Shown here: positions 41,420 through 51,142 of the stretch, one piece after another
How the letters are laid out: every line of letters begins with the position of its first letter
Position numbering within the stretch: position 1 is the first letter of the stretch
Virus record (IMG/VR): IMGVR_UViG_3300025930_000007
Coordinates: 186,001-250,000 of that record
Direction: 5' to 3' (one strand)
DNA: 64,000 nucleotides
Translations under genes and position numbers: made by a program
Notes under the pieces: model-generated
What the model was told of the DNA's origin: nothing
The model's input: the letters and a program-made list of their open reading frames with translations, nothing else
Databases searched by the model: none

Positions 41420-42079
41420 TCAGTTCCCCTTCCTCTTGAAGATCCCCAGGCTGTCATGAATCCCATCCCAGACCGGGATCTGGACCTGTTTCACCATCTC
41501 CCAGGTCTTTTCGATCTCCGGATCATAGCCGGTGCAGCCGTCATCGATCTCGCCGACGTAGGCCACCGTATCGCCCTTGTAACCGTTGAAGATCTTCACG
41601 TTGTCCACGCTCGGCCAGATAACCAAGAGCGTCCGCTCATGGACGTCCTTCCTTCGGAAGATCTGTTGGTAGCTGACCGGCTCAATCTGGAAGAACGTTC
41701 CGACCGTGAACGGATATAAGCCCGAACCGTCATCACAGGCAATCACGTCGGCGCCGAGAAGCTGAAGGAGCTTGGACCAGTATCCCGTTCCGGCACCGAT
41801 TTCGACGATGCCCTTTGGGGATACTTTCAGAATCTCCCGAAGGATCTTTTCCGTAGGCACTGCGAAGCCGTACTTCTCGATGCACTTCGTTCTCGCATGG
41901 AACTCGGAGAGGATCTTCTCGGAATAGTTCGGATCGTAGATATTGCGGCTATTGTGTCCGAGCCACCACTCCGATAGAAAGGGATTATGCTCCCGATCCC
42001 AAGTTGTCGGAGAAAAGGGCGTCGCCCACTTCTCGGCCCACTTCTCCATCCAGGCCTTATCTTTTTCTAGCATCGTCAC
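41420..42079 (-). CDS. class I SAM-dependent methyltransferase-like protein
   Basis: IVEIGAGTGYW, LLVIWP, YVGE. Confidence 0.7.
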   Translation of the reverse strand: MTMLEKDKAWMEKWAEKWATPFSPTTWDREHNPFLSEWWLGHNSRNIYDPNYSEKILSEFHARTKCIEKYGFAVPTEKILREILKVSPKGIVEIGAGTGYWSKLLQLLGADVIACDDGSGLYPFTVGTFFQIEPVSYQQIFRRKDVHERTLLVIWPSVDNVKIFNGYKGDTVAYVGEIDDGCTGYDPEIEKTWEMVKQVQIPVWDGIHDSLGIFKRKGN

Positions 42080-42086
42080 ACCGCCA

Positions 42087-42115
42087 ATGGTATTCTTGGT
42101 TTACCTCTTAGTCAA
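42087..42115 (-). promoter_or_regulatory. promoter TTGACT-17-TACCAT with GGTAAACC box
   Basis: Minus TTGACT AAGAGGTAAACCAAGAA TACCAT, 7 nt before GTG. Confidence 0.7.
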
Positions 42116-42127
42116 GGAGATATCGAA

Positions 42128-42304
42128 ATGCGTTTCCTCCTGATTCTGCTCGCGGCTGCGGCCGTCTACCTGTCGATCCACATGCTCGGCAAGCACGGGA
42201 TAGAACCCAGCTCCCAGGACTTCTGGGCTTGTCTGGTGCCGCCCGCCGCGGCCGGCGCTCTCGTCGTCCTGGCTCCCAAGCTCAAGAAGAAAGCGAAGGA
42301 CTAA
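42128..42304 (+). CDS. 58-aa membrane protein not in the ORF track
   Basis: AAGGAG RBS; MRFLLILLAAAAVYL...; stop overlaps the next ATG. Confidence 0.6.
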   Translation: MRFLLILLAAAAVYLSIHMLGKHGIEPSSQDFWACLVPPAAAGALVVLAPKLKKKAKD

Positions 42305-42501
42305 TGCCGAAGAAGTCTTCAAAAAAGCAAGAGGGCAAGGTCTCGGACGTCGAGATCTATGAGGAGGACGGCTGGTACGTCAAGTACACCGGGACTCACG
42401 GGAAGAAGAACATCATGAAGCTCGACGCCGTCACCTACAAGGATGCGAAGTTCGAAGCGTCCAGTCTCCTCGATGTGCCTGAGGACCAAATCGAGAACTA
42501 A
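42304..42501 (+). CDS. hypothetical protein
   Basis: MPKKSSKK start coupled to upstream stop. Confidence 0.65.
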   Translation: MPKKSSKKQEGKVSDVEIYEEDGWYVKYTGTHGKKNIMKLDAVTYKDAKFEASSLLDVPEDQIEN

Positions 42502-42504
42502 GCC

Positions 42505-43677
42505 ATGCCTTACGTTTTAGCCGACGGGAGAGGCCAGAAGATCGGGCTCTATACCACCTGCCTGGATATCTCGTATGCCCAGGCCGAACTCCTTCTCATG
42601 GTCGAGAAGGCGAAACTCGATCATCCTGACGCGTTCATCGTAGGCTACGCAGATTCTCAGCTCCAGATCTCCGTCGAACGCTTCCTTGAGCCTCACAAGC
42701 AGTATCCCAAGGAACTGGAGAGAATCGAGGAACTCCGGTCCAAGATCAAGGCCAAGGGAATGCATTCCTTCACCGTCCGTCATTTCGACGATGACTGGGA
42801 AACGTTCCTGAAGTCGAAGCCTCTCCTCCAGATCGGCCGCTGCATCGACAGCGTGGTCAATCAGATGGTGGATTTCAAGGCCAAGGGCAAAGACGAAGAA
42901 GTCGCCGAAATGGTCGAAGACATTTTCGCCAATCCCTTGCATGCCGGCATCCATCAGGACTTCCCACCTACCGTCTCCGACGAAATCTGGATTGCGGATG
43001 CCGCCAAATCCATCCGCAGGATCACTCCGGAGAAGTGGCTGAGAAGACTCCTGCATGTTATGCGCTTCTATTTCAAAGGAAAGCCGAAGATCGCCCTTCC
43101 CCATAAGAATGACCGCTGTCCTTGCGGCAGCAGCAAGAAATACGGCAAGTGCTGTGGTTACGGCGTCGAGCACGAGGACCCGGAAAACTGCAAACTCGGG
43201 ATGCATCAGTTCACGATGTGGGAAGAAGTCGATGGCAAGTTCATCCGAACCTGCGAGAAGTGCTTCAGGGTCTACGAAGCTCCATGGTTTGAGGAAGTCG
43301 ATTATGATGGAGTAGACATCCTGGTCATTGGCTGCCGGGCCTGCGCTGAAAAACCGACTGACGAAGACTTCGCTCGGGAAATGGAGGAAGCCCAGAAATG
43401 GCATATCTGCGGCTCATGCATGAAGCCATTCGGGCTAAGGCATATCATCCTCGAGCACACCTGGTCCGATGGAAAGCACATCGGCCATTGGAAAGGGACT
43501 GAGATCGATACCAAAGAGGAAGCCGTCGATCTTCAGTCGATCGGACTAGGAAAGGGAGTGTTCCTTCACAAGGAATGCTTCATGAAGGCAATTCCAGGCT
43601 GGCCCAAATCGGCCAAGCCATCCGGCAGAGGACCGGCCAAGGAAATCATGCGGGATATTACGCCTACTGCGAGTTGA
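42505..43677 (+). CDS. SEC-C motif and multi-CxxC protein
   Basis: NDRCPCGSSKKYGKCC. Confidence 0.75.
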   Translation: MPYVLADGRGQKIGLYTTCLDISYAQAELLLMVEKAKLDHPDAFIVGYADSQLQISVERFLEPHKQYPKELERIEELRSKIKAKGMHSFTVRHFDDDWETFLKSKPLLQIGRCIDSVVNQMVDFKAKGKDEEVAEMVEDIFANPLHAGIHQDFPPTVSDEIWIADAAKSIRRITPEKWLRRLLHVMRFYFKGKPKIALPHKNDRCPCGSSKKYGKCCGYGVEHEDPENCKLGMHQFTMWEEVDGKFIRTCEKCFRVYEAPWFEEVDYDGVDILVIGCRACAEKPTDEDFAREMEEAQKWHICGSCMKPFGLRHIILEHTWSDGKHIGHWKGTEIDTKEEAVDLQSIGLGKGVFLHKECFMKAIPGWPKSAKPSGRGPAKEIMRDITPTAS

Positions 43678-44779
43678 TCACCCGATACCGCCTGCCCATC
43701 ATGGCGCCACCACCTCCTCCAGGATTGACGGCAACCATCGAGCTACCGCCATAGCTCGAAACGTTTTCGAAGCCGGAGGAATCCTGCTGGCAGGAATATC
43801 CTTGAGCCCTCAGGATTGCCATGGTCGTCGAATCCACGCCTCTCCGAACGTCATCTCCATAGCTGCAGGTGTAGGTAGCCTGAGTGAGCTGCGGATTCAA
43901 CCCATTGGTATTAAGAAGACGCTGCTCGGGGGTCATCCCGCCGCCATAAGCGCTGCCATAGTTATACTGAGCAGCGGTGTTCCAGTTATAGAAACCGTGG
44001 CCGCTCTGATCCCCGCCGCTGTTCCAGGAATACATTTGGCCCAGGCGCCGACCTTCCATACCGGGCTTTCGGAACGAGCAGGGGTCGATGATCCTCCAGG
44101 CTTCCGCCTGAATCTCGGGTGGGAGTTGGGAGACGATCACCTCAGCATTGTTGCGATAAGTCAGGATGTTTTGAGCGGCCATGTTGATGCCGTTCCGATT
44201 CTCCTGCATCTCCTGAACTGCAGCACTCTTGTCTGCCCCGATCTGATCGAGAGCGGCCTGGGCAGCTTTGTATTCGTCTGGATTCCGGTGAGTGTCATTC
44301 CAGATCTTTTCCTGCTGCGCGAGAACCTTCTCGGCATTGCCTTCCGCGACGACGAGATCCTGACGGCGCTTCGAAGCCTCGATGTACTTCGAGAAGAAGT
44401 AGGCATCGTTCGACCGCTCTGTATTGATCTTGTCGGCGATCGATGTCAGTTGAGAGACAGCCTCTGGATAGCTCGTTTCGAGGGCCGTCGGCGCGGCCAT
44501 CCGGTGTCTGTGTCCAGAAAGCAGCAAATAGCCCGCAGCGGCTGCCGCTGCCACGCCACCGATAATGAGCGGAACATTGGCCCCTGGAGTAGGAGCCGAC
44601 GCCGGGATTCCAGATCCGGATCCTGGCTTGCAGCCAGGCGGATAGTAGGTCCCATCCGCACAACGCTGCCCTCCTTCAGGCGTCGGCTCGCAGTTGGGTG
44701 ACGTCTGGCCCAGCGTCGGGCCACGCAACGGCGTGACGGAGGCCCGTTCCCAAGGCGAGCGGCTGAAGAAGGTCTGCAT
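43664..44779 (-). CDS. modular membrane/coiled-coil protein with LRGPTLGQ, MEGRRLGQ and MMGRR motifs
   Basis: Cys mini-domain, TM helix LIIGGVAAAAAAGYLLL, coiled coil; AGGAG RBS. Confidence 0.8.
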   Translation of the reverse strand: MQTFFSRSPWERASVTPLRGPTLGQTSPNCEPTPEGGQRCADGTYYPPGCKPGSGSGIPASAPTPGANVPLIIGGVAAAAAAGYLLLSGHRHRMAAPTALETSYPEAVSQLTSIADKINTERSNDAYFFSKYIEASKRRQDLVVAEGNAEKVLAQQEKIWNDTHRNPDEYKAAQAALDQIGADKSAAVQEMQENRNGINMAAQNILTYRNNAEVIVSQLPPEIQAEAWRIIDPCSFRKPGMEGRRLGQMYSWNSGGDQSGHGFYNWNTAAQYNYGSAYGGGMTPEQRLLNTNGLNPQLTQATYTCSYGDDVRRGVDSTTMAILRAQGYSCQQDSSGFENVSSYGGSSMVAVNPGGGGGAMMGRRYRVINSQ

Positions 44780-44787
44780 ATGGTCTC

Positions 44788-45243
44788 CTAGGCGTTCGAA
44801 GACAGGTTGGTGACGCCGTTCACCTCAAGCGCGATCAGCACGGCCGTGCCGGTGATCAGCCAAAATGCCGGATTGCCAAGGAAGGACATCGAATCCTCTG
44901 ATCCGGGCCCCGACAGTGCAGGAGCTTGATAGCCCTCACGCATCCTGGGATATGGCTTCCAGGCCTCTCCTCCCGGCCGGGCTCTGAACGAAACCTTGCC
45001 CCTGGGAGAGGCCGCAGCAGCAGCAAAAGGATCTCCACCATCTGATGGAAATGAAGCTTGCTCTATCTTCTTGTGCGCCGGCTTGAAGTAGTCGTAGAAA
45101 TCGCGCGTCTTGGCGGAAGGGCCTGGCACCGGTGTCTTTGGTGAAAACACATCGTAGATCGAGCTGCCCTTGGGCTTGGGCTTCAGGAAGTCGAACAGCT
45201 CATCGGATTTCCCAAGGGATCCAGGGCCCCAATGATTCATCAT
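44788..45243 (-). CDS. C-terminally anchored membrane protein
   Basis: FDFLKP / YDVFSP / YDYFKP repeats; AFWLITGTAVLIAL. Confidence 0.7.
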   Translation of the reverse strand: MMNHWGPGSLGKSDELFDFLKPKPKGSSIYDVFSPKTPVPGPSAKTRDFYDYFKPAHKKIEQASFPSDGGDPFAAAAASPRGKVSFRARPGGEAWKPYPRMREGYQAPALSGPGSEDSMSFLGNPAFWLITGTAVLIALEVNGVTNLSSNA

Positions 45244-45289
45244 GAGAAAAAACCATTTCGGGCGGAATGAGTTCTACCGGACCTTTAGA

Positions 45290-45310
45290 CCGCCCAGGGG
45301 GACTGGACGG
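45290..45310 (-). promoter_or_regulatory. leader hairpin with TCCCC loop after promoter TTGAAG-16-TATGAT
   Basis: CCGTCCAG-TCCCC-CTGGGCGG; TTCCGCCC at 45260-45267. Confidence 0.65.
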
Positions 45311-45365
45311 ACAGCTTAATCATACCGCTTAACCTTGGGACTTCAATGGGTTTTTCCCTGTCCGT

Positions 45366-46412
45366 TTATAGCGGTTCAGGCTCCGGTGTAGGGATGACCC
45401 GCATCGTGCCGATCGACATTTCCAACGGGAACGGATGGAAGATCGGACTCCATTTATGTTCGAACTCTTTGTATTCGAGATAGGCTCTCCAGACCATGTC
45501 ATCGGAAAGCAGATAATGCATTCGCTCGACCAGTTCCGTAGCGGACTTCACGTATTTGCGATTACGTCCCGCAATGGCCTCGCTGCTCGCATGCATGCCG
45601 AGATGTTTGACCAATCGCATCAAATAGTCCCCGGCGTCTTGCTTGGCACGCTCCTCGTTCGTATGACGCCCCGCATGGGAGGCCCCGCCGAAATCGGCAT
45701 ACTGAACAAGCCAGCTCCTCATGGCGCCGAGACCCATACCCTTGTCCTTGGGGAATAGCCGTCTGAGAATCCCTTCTCTGAAGGCCTCGAGGAATTGCCT
45801 TTCGGACTCTTCGTCCTGATAAGGGAACTTCCCTTCCAGCGCTCTTTCAGACGCCACGATTGCCTTCAAGAATTGCTCTTGCGTGATCCGGATGTTCTTC
45901 AGTTGGGCTTTATTGGAGACGACCTCCAGGAGATCTTCTACGATCGCAGCCATCTTGTCTTCACGGCGATTGATGGCAAGCGTAATCTTTCCTTTTTCAG
46001 CATATTTCTCAATGGGACGAATCTTCGTGCGTTCGATGAACGGAATCTTGTTTTTTAGGCCGGTTTCTGGAGAGCCCTCGACAATCACTGTGCCGATTTT
46101 TGCGTAGAGTGGCCGCCCGAACTCATTTTCGAAGCGAAGGTAGAAGTCCTCCCAAAGATCGTAGGCATCCCAAACCTTCCCTGCCTGGATAAGCTGCTGT
46201 ATCTGAGGGATCAGGTATTGCATCCCCTCGAAGAATTCAGGATGCTCAGGAGCCTCGAATTCGCCGCCTTCCGAAAGAAAGTGCTCCAGATTTCTCCTGA
46301 TCCATGTACCGAGCAGGTATCCCACTTCGCCCGACGCGCTCGCCTCGTTGTTGTGGATGGTAGGCGAGCCGACTTCCAGGGGATAGGCCCATTGGACCTT
46401 ATAGCGTTTCAT
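45366..46412 (-). CDS. protein with two copies of an unknown ~120-aa domain, second copy after GMGLGA
   Basis: VWDAY..W..F...PL...IGT versus VWRAY..Y..F...PL...IGT. Confidence 0.75.
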   Translation of the reverse strand: MKRYKVQWAYPLEVGSPTIHNNEASASGEVGYLLGTWIRRNLEHFLSEGGEFEAPEHPEFFEGMQYLIPQIQQLIQAGKVWDAYDLWEDFYLRFENEFGRPLYAKIGTVIVEGSPETGLKNKIPFIERTKIRPIEKYAEKGKITLAINRREDKMAAIVEDLLEVVSNKAQLKNIRITQEQFLKAIVASERALEGKFPYQDEESERQFLEAFREGILRRLFPKDKGMGLGAMRSWLVQYADFGGASHAGRHTNEERAKQDAGDYLMRLVKHLGMHASSEAIAGRNRKYVKSATELVERMHYLLSDDMVWRAYLEYKEFEHKWSPIFHPFPLEMSIGTMRVIPTPEPEPL

Positions 46413-47058
46413 GGGTGAACCCAAAATGGTGAAAGGTGTCCCGCCTGGTCAACCGATACCAGTGTTCGATGTTCTTCGGGTCTTTCACTTCCTCGTCGTA
46501 GCTCTTGGAGATCGTCATCACCGTATTCATGATCTCGGCGAAGGGCGGAGGCTGGGCGCCGCTGTCTACGAACCTCTGGTTGACCTCCGTAGCGATCGTC
46601 CTCCAGGTCTCGTGCAGCGTCTTGAGGAAATTCCACTGCCAGTCCATCTGTTTCCCGCGATCCATGCTTCGTGCCAAGCTTTCGGCTGGGTGGTACTTGG
46701 GTGTCACGGTGGGCCCTGGTCCGTCCACGATGACCGTTCCGATCAGGACCCAGAGCGGCGTTGGAAGAACGTCTTCCCAACGATTCATGAACCGATGCCA
46801 TTCGTCGTAGGCGCCCCAGACTTCATCGTCCTCGAGGAGGACGCCCAGGGATTCGAGCATCTGCTGGGCATCCTCGATGAATCCAGGGAAGTTCCGTTCA
46901 TAGCCCCAGACGGTCGCATATTGGGGCAACTCTTCATCGAATTTCGATGCAAGAGCGGCAAGATGCCGGGCAGTGTCGACTTTGGCGATCTCCTCCAAGG
47001 CATGGACGCTCGTGCAGTCCTTCTTGAAGTCCAGGATCCTGCAAATCCGCCAAGACAT
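46399..47058 (-). CDS. paralog carrying the same unknown domain
   Basis: VWGAYDEWHRF...PLWVLIGTVIV; GGAG RBS before ATG 47058. Confidence 0.75.
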   Translation of the reverse strand: MSWRICRILDFKKDCTSVHALEEIAKVDTARHLAALASKFDEELPQYATVWGYERNFPGFIEDAQQMLESLGVLLEDDEVWGAYDEWHRFMNRWEDVLPTPLWVLIGTVIVDGPGPTVTPKYHPAESLARSMDRGKQMDWQWNFLKTLHETWRTIATEVNQRFVDSGAQPPPFAEIMNTVMTISKSYDEEVKDPKNIEHWYRLTRRDTFHHFGFTHETL

Positions 47059-47074
47059 TAGAGGATCTCCATGT

Positions 47075-47187
47075 CCGCGGCGGGGGAGGGTGAGCTGCGG
47101 CAAGAAGAAGATACCATACCTCGGCTGGACTAACAAGCCACTACAAGCTATGATTCTGGGAGCGGCAACACCCTCCCCCTCGCCGCT
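47075..47187. promoter_or_regulatory. divergent promoters, each followed by an ACCCTCCCCC-loop hairpin
   Basis: Minus CCGCAGC-TCACCCTCCCCC-GCCGCGG (47075-47100); plus AGCGGC-AACACCCTCCCCCTC-GCCGCT (47161-47187) after TGGACT-17-TATGAT. Confidence 0.65.
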
Positions 47188-47205
47188 GATCGACTTGAGG
47201 ATTCC

Positions 47206-48534
47206 ATGAGTCTGATCACCGGCCCCGTAGCGCTAATGCGTCTGGTCACCGTCGAGACCGTCACCGACCTCGATCGCCTTATGACCAGGATGGGCCTGCC
47301 GTCTCAGGATGCTTCCGTCGAGACCAAGTTCAACGGATGGCTCACCCAGGCCGCCGGCGGCCGCCTCTACTCGCGGCGTGGGAAGGATCTCACCGACAAG
47401 TTTCCGCATATCGCCAAGCTGGTCGCTCCTTTCAAGAAAGAGCATCTGATCGGTGAGCTCGTCTATTTCGACGAGAACGGCGTCATGCAGGAGCCAGCCG
47501 TCACGACCATCGCGGGGACCAAGGATCATCGCGAAGCCATCCGGAAGATGAAGGAGATGCCAGGACACTTCGATTATGTGGTCTTCGACGTCCTGGCCGC
47601 AGACGGGCACGACATCACCGATCAGCCGACCTCTGTTCGGCGCGCAGTTTTGGACGAATGCTTCTGCAATTCCGGGCTCACGCTCTCCAATCCTCAGCCT
47701 CTTTCCATGCTCCAGAAAGTCTATGACGAAGGCGTCGCGGCCGGCGCCGATGGCGTCGTGATCAAGAATCTCAGGGCACCCTATCTCTGGAAACCCTTCG
47801 GTCAAAGCGAAGTCCAGCCTGTTGGATACTGGTGGAAGCTCAAGCCAGCCTTCACGGACAACTTTGTGGTCACCGGGGTCCACTACGGACCAAAGGGAAG
47901 ATTGCTGGCCACTCTCTCTCAATATCACCGTGGACAGCTTGTCGACGTCTCCGATGTCGGCAATTTTGCCGCGCCGGTCGCCAAAGAATTCATTCAGCGC
48001 ATCACCAAAGGGCCATTCCTGGTTGAGATCGAATATCTCTCCAGATTCCCTGATCCTCCGGGAGCTCTCCAGCATCCACGCTTCATCCGTTTCCGCGAAG
48101 ACCAGGACCTCGACTCAGCTCAGCTACCGGCAAAATACGGAATGCACGGGCCATCGATTGGCGTTCCGCTTCGCGGTTATGCAAACTACTGGATCAAGCC
48201 CGATGGCGAAGTAATCGAGTTCACCGAGCCCGAGACTCATGAACTCTATTCTTGGGATGCTGGTTTCGGGACCGTTGGCGAGGCGATCGAGGCTGGCTGG
48301 ATCCGCGCCTTCGAATATCGGGACAAATTGGGCTTCGACCTCTTGAATATTGAGGACCCCAACACATTCTCCAGACTGACTGAATTCCTAGAAAAGTTCT
48401 ACGCCGAGCATGGCCCCTTCAGCGCCGTAATCGACTTCACGCTTCCGCAACACGGCTTCATCACCATCGATCCCGAAGATCTTTCCTCCGAATCCATCCC
48501 GGATCTCCTTCGGATCGGTCTTCGGAGAGCGTAA
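47206..48534 (+). CDS. ATP-dependent DNA ligase with an appended C-terminal domain
   Basis: ETKFNG (I), LIGELV (III), VVFDVL (IIIa), DGVVIK (IV), WWKLK (V), HPRFIRFRED (VI); then WIKPDG...H...GWIR. Confidence 0.8.
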   Translation: MSLITGPVALMRLVTVETVTDLDRLMTRMGLPSQDASVETKFNGWLTQAAGGRLYSRRGKDLTDKFPHIAKLVAPFKKEHLIGELVYFDENGVMQEPAVTTIAGTKDHREAIRKMKEMPGHFDYVVFDVLAADGHDITDQPTSVRRAVLDECFCNSGLTLSNPQPLSMLQKVYDEGVAAGADGVVIKNLRAPYLWKPFGQSEVQPVGYWWKLKPAFTDNFVVTGVHYGPKGRLLATLSQYHRGQLVDVSDVGNFAAPVAKEFIQRITKGPFLVEIEYLSRFPDPPGALQHPRFIRFREDQDLDSAQLPAKYGMHGPSIGVPLRGYANYWIKPDGEVIEFTEPETHELYSWDAGFGTVGEAIEAGWIRAFEYRDKLGFDLLNIEDPNTFSRLTEFLEKFYAEHGPFSAVIDFTLPQHGFITIDPEDLSSESIPDLLRIGLRRA

Positions 48535-48535
48535 G

Positions 48536-49144
48536 ATGCCGCTTTTCGACCTCCGGGAACACTTCGGCATCTGGGACAGATGTGGCAACTCTCGCTTCTT
48601 CAAGAAACAGTCCAAGACATCCAGGATCTATCTAAATCCTCTTGATGGAGTTCTTGTATCCGCCCACGAGGAGCATCATGGACCAGGATACTCCGGTCCA
48701 AAGACATATACCCTTATCGTACGCGAAGCCAAGAGGGCTTCCGATGAAGAGGTCGCAAAGAGCTATGAACGAAATCAGCCATGGGTCGAACAGGCTCTGA
48801 AGCAGTTCTTTTACTATCAAGCCATGGGCTGGGCCTTGGATGCAATCAGAGAAGTTACTGGGCAGAGACAACTTCCAGGCGATAGGGACATGGGTAACTT
48901 CCTGAACTTTTATAAATCCGGCGGCGAGAAATACCGGAAAGAGGGCGGCCGTGATTATGAGCAATTCTACTGGGAAGGCAGCACCCTAAAAGATCGCGGA
49001 GATCAGCCGATGCTTGAAGAAGTTCTCGAAGCAATCCTTCGGACGGTCTCCGAAATGAAAAGCACCATTGTCGACTACGGTAGAAGCATTTCGGAAGCCG
49101 ATGTTGAGGAAGCTCTGGGTAGCCTCGGCATCCTGGAGTGCTAG
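48536..49144 (+). CDS. hypothetical protein
   Basis: 202 aa in plus-strand operon. Confidence 0.65.
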   Translation: MPLFDLREHFGIWDRCGNSRFFKKQSKTSRIYLNPLDGVLVSAHEEHHGPGYSGPKTYTLIVREAKRASDEEVAKSYERNQPWVEQALKQFFYYQAMGWALDAIREVTGQRQLPGDRDMGNFLNFYKSGGEKYRKEGGRDYEQFYWEGSTLKDRGDQPMLEEVLEAILRTVSEMKSTIVDYGRSISEADVEEALGSLGILEC

Positions 49145-49147
49145 AAG

Positions 49148-50344
49148 ATGATCGTCTATGTCGGAGCTGGATCGGGAGAATTCCGGGATCTGGTGATCGC
49201 GGCCGGACATGGCCAGATGGTCTCCCCGCAACCCGGCGCCTTCCGCATACCGAAGCACGGACGGTGGGTCTTCGATAACGGAGCCTATACCGATTGGCTC
49301 AACGGTGTCACTTTTGATGATGCAAATTACCTGAAGAGACTCTCTCAGATCTCCTTCCTCTCGGACGATAGAATTCCCGACTGGTGCGTCGTCCCGGACA
49401 TCGTCGCGGATCCGACCAGCCTTTCCTATTCGCTCCGCTGGCGCCAGGCGCTCTACGATGCCGATCGCCGGCTCCGCTGGTATCTCGCGATCCAGGACTT
49501 CATGACTCCCGAAGACGTCCTCCACGCCCTTTGCCTCGAACCGTTCGACGGCCTCTTCATCGGTGGATCGACCGACTGGAAATGGGAAACCGCGGCCAAA
49601 TGGATCCAGTGGGGCCATGAACACGGTCTTCCCGTCCATCTGGCGCGCGTCAATGGACCAGGCCCTCTCCAAGCTGCCTTTGATGTGGGCGCCGATTCCA
49701 TCGACGGAACCGGTTGGGTTCGCGCCGGCGCCAAGTGGTATCCGGCCCTGAAGAACGTTCCCGTCCCTTCGACGGGACTCTTCGACAGGGAACATCCGGA
49801 GATCCCCAAGCGCTGGCTCAAGTTCGGCCAGTATCTCCAGAGCATCTGGGGTGAGCGCGACTGGAAGCGTTGGGCGAAGGTCGAAGTGCCCTCTCTTCAG
49901 AATGTCGCGGCCTTCAACGCCATGAGCCCCGACGAATTCCTCTCCTGGATTGAGAACGAATACGTCTCAAAAGCTCCATCTGGTCCTGAGGATTGGCGCG
50001 GGAAAACCGCCCAGCTTTACCTCGATGAGGTCCGGAAGAAGGTGAGTGAAGTGGATGAAAAGGAGCTCGAAATCTGGAAACGATGGGTCCTGTGGGAGAT
50101 CGAAAGGATCCTCGTCACCCCTATACCGCCGGCCCCAGAGATGCCCAGGTACGGAATCGTAGAAGGCAAGGCCTTGCCGCTTCCGAAAGCTCTGGAACTG
50201 ACCAAGGGACAGCTTGAAAAATGCGAGCAGACCGGAACCGAAATCATCATGGTTCACGGGCCTGGTGGACAGGTGCTTGCCTCTTACCCCGTCGTCAGAG
50301 CAACATCCTCTGAACAGGCTCTACGGATGATGCGGGAGCCATAA
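49148..50344 (+). CDS. TGT/DpdA-like guanine transglycosylase-fold protein with C-terminal extension
   Basis: FDNGAY, VVPDIV, LAIQD, LFIGGS, VHLARVN, ADSIDGTGW. Confidence 0.65.
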   Translation: MIVYVGAGSGEFRDLVIAAGHGQMVSPQPGAFRIPKHGRWVFDNGAYTDWLNGVTFDDANYLKRLSQISFLSDDRIPDWCVVPDIVADPTSLSYSLRWRQALYDADRRLRWYLAIQDFMTPEDVLHALCLEPFDGLFIGGSTDWKWETAAKWIQWGHEHGLPVHLARVNGPGPLQAAFDVGADSIDGTGWVRAGAKWYPALKNVPVPSTGLFDREHPEIPKRWLKFGQYLQSIWGERDWKRWAKVEVPSLQNVAAFNAMSPDEFLSWIENEYVSKAPSGPEDWRGKTAQLYLDEVRKKVSEVDEKELEIWKRWVLWEIERILVTPIPPAPEMPRYGIVEGKALPLPKALELTKGQLEKCEQTGTEIIMVHGPGGQVLASYPVVRATSSEQALRMMREP

Positions 50345-50783
50345 CTCCCGGCGCAAGATATTCGAGAGCCTTCTCCACCTCTTCCGGAAGCGGCTTTAAG
50401 CCCTGCATCCCCGTAAACGGATAAGGTTTCACGAGCCGCAGGTTCCTCGTCTGCCAGGCGAAGCGTTTCGGCATGTAATTCCCAAGGATCGCTTCCATGG
50501 GCTCCGGCTTCGCGAGCTCAGTCTTCACGCAGTCGAAGAGATCCACGACCGCGATGATGGAGCCCAGCGGCCAGTTCCTGGGGATCTCGATCTTGACGCC
50601 GGCATCCTCAAGAATGTCTTCTGCCAGCTCTTCTGGAGTACCGTCCTTGATGGCGGTCTTGTTCTTGGCGACGTGGATCGCGAGGAGACCCCGATAGCTG
50701 GTCGACCAGCTCCTTGTCTCCCATTTCTTGTATCCGAGAGCCATGAAGGATCCCCAGGGCTCCCAGAGCGACAGGATCTTCAT
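50295..50783 (-). CDS. ASCH domain protein
   Basis: LSLWEPWGS...GYKKWETRSW..SYRGLLAIH, GMQGL. Confidence 0.85.
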   Translation of the reverse strand: MKILSLWEPWGSFMALGYKKWETRSWSTSYRGLLAIHVAKNKTAIKDGTPEELAEDILEDAGVKIEIPRNWPLGSIIAVVDLFDCVKTELAKPEPMEAILGNYMPKRFAWQTRNLRLVKPYPFTGMQGLKPLPEEVEKALEYLAPGVMAPASSVEPVQRMLL

Positions 50784-51142
50784 GCTAGCGAAGCCCATCC
50801 CGCGGCCGCTGCTGCGTGAGCCGCCATTTTGCCTGCCAGGGCGACGCGATCTCTCGTACCGGAGATTGAAAGACCGGATTTCGAATGGGCTTCGGCTTCT
50901 TTTCCTTGGGTTCCGGAGGAGGAAGAATGACCGTAACCTCTTTTCGAATCGTGATCTGGTAGGTGGCGACGTTGTTGTCCGTGATTTCGGTATGGCTCAT
51001 CGGGATGGTGCTATCCGCAGTGAGCGGATGCTGATGGATTTCAACGGTTGGCGAGCAATTGGTGCTCGTGGGTGTGTAATTGAGCTGCATGAACATGTTA
51101 AACGAGTTTACTGCTCCTCGTTTTTCATGTCAAGCTATGCGT

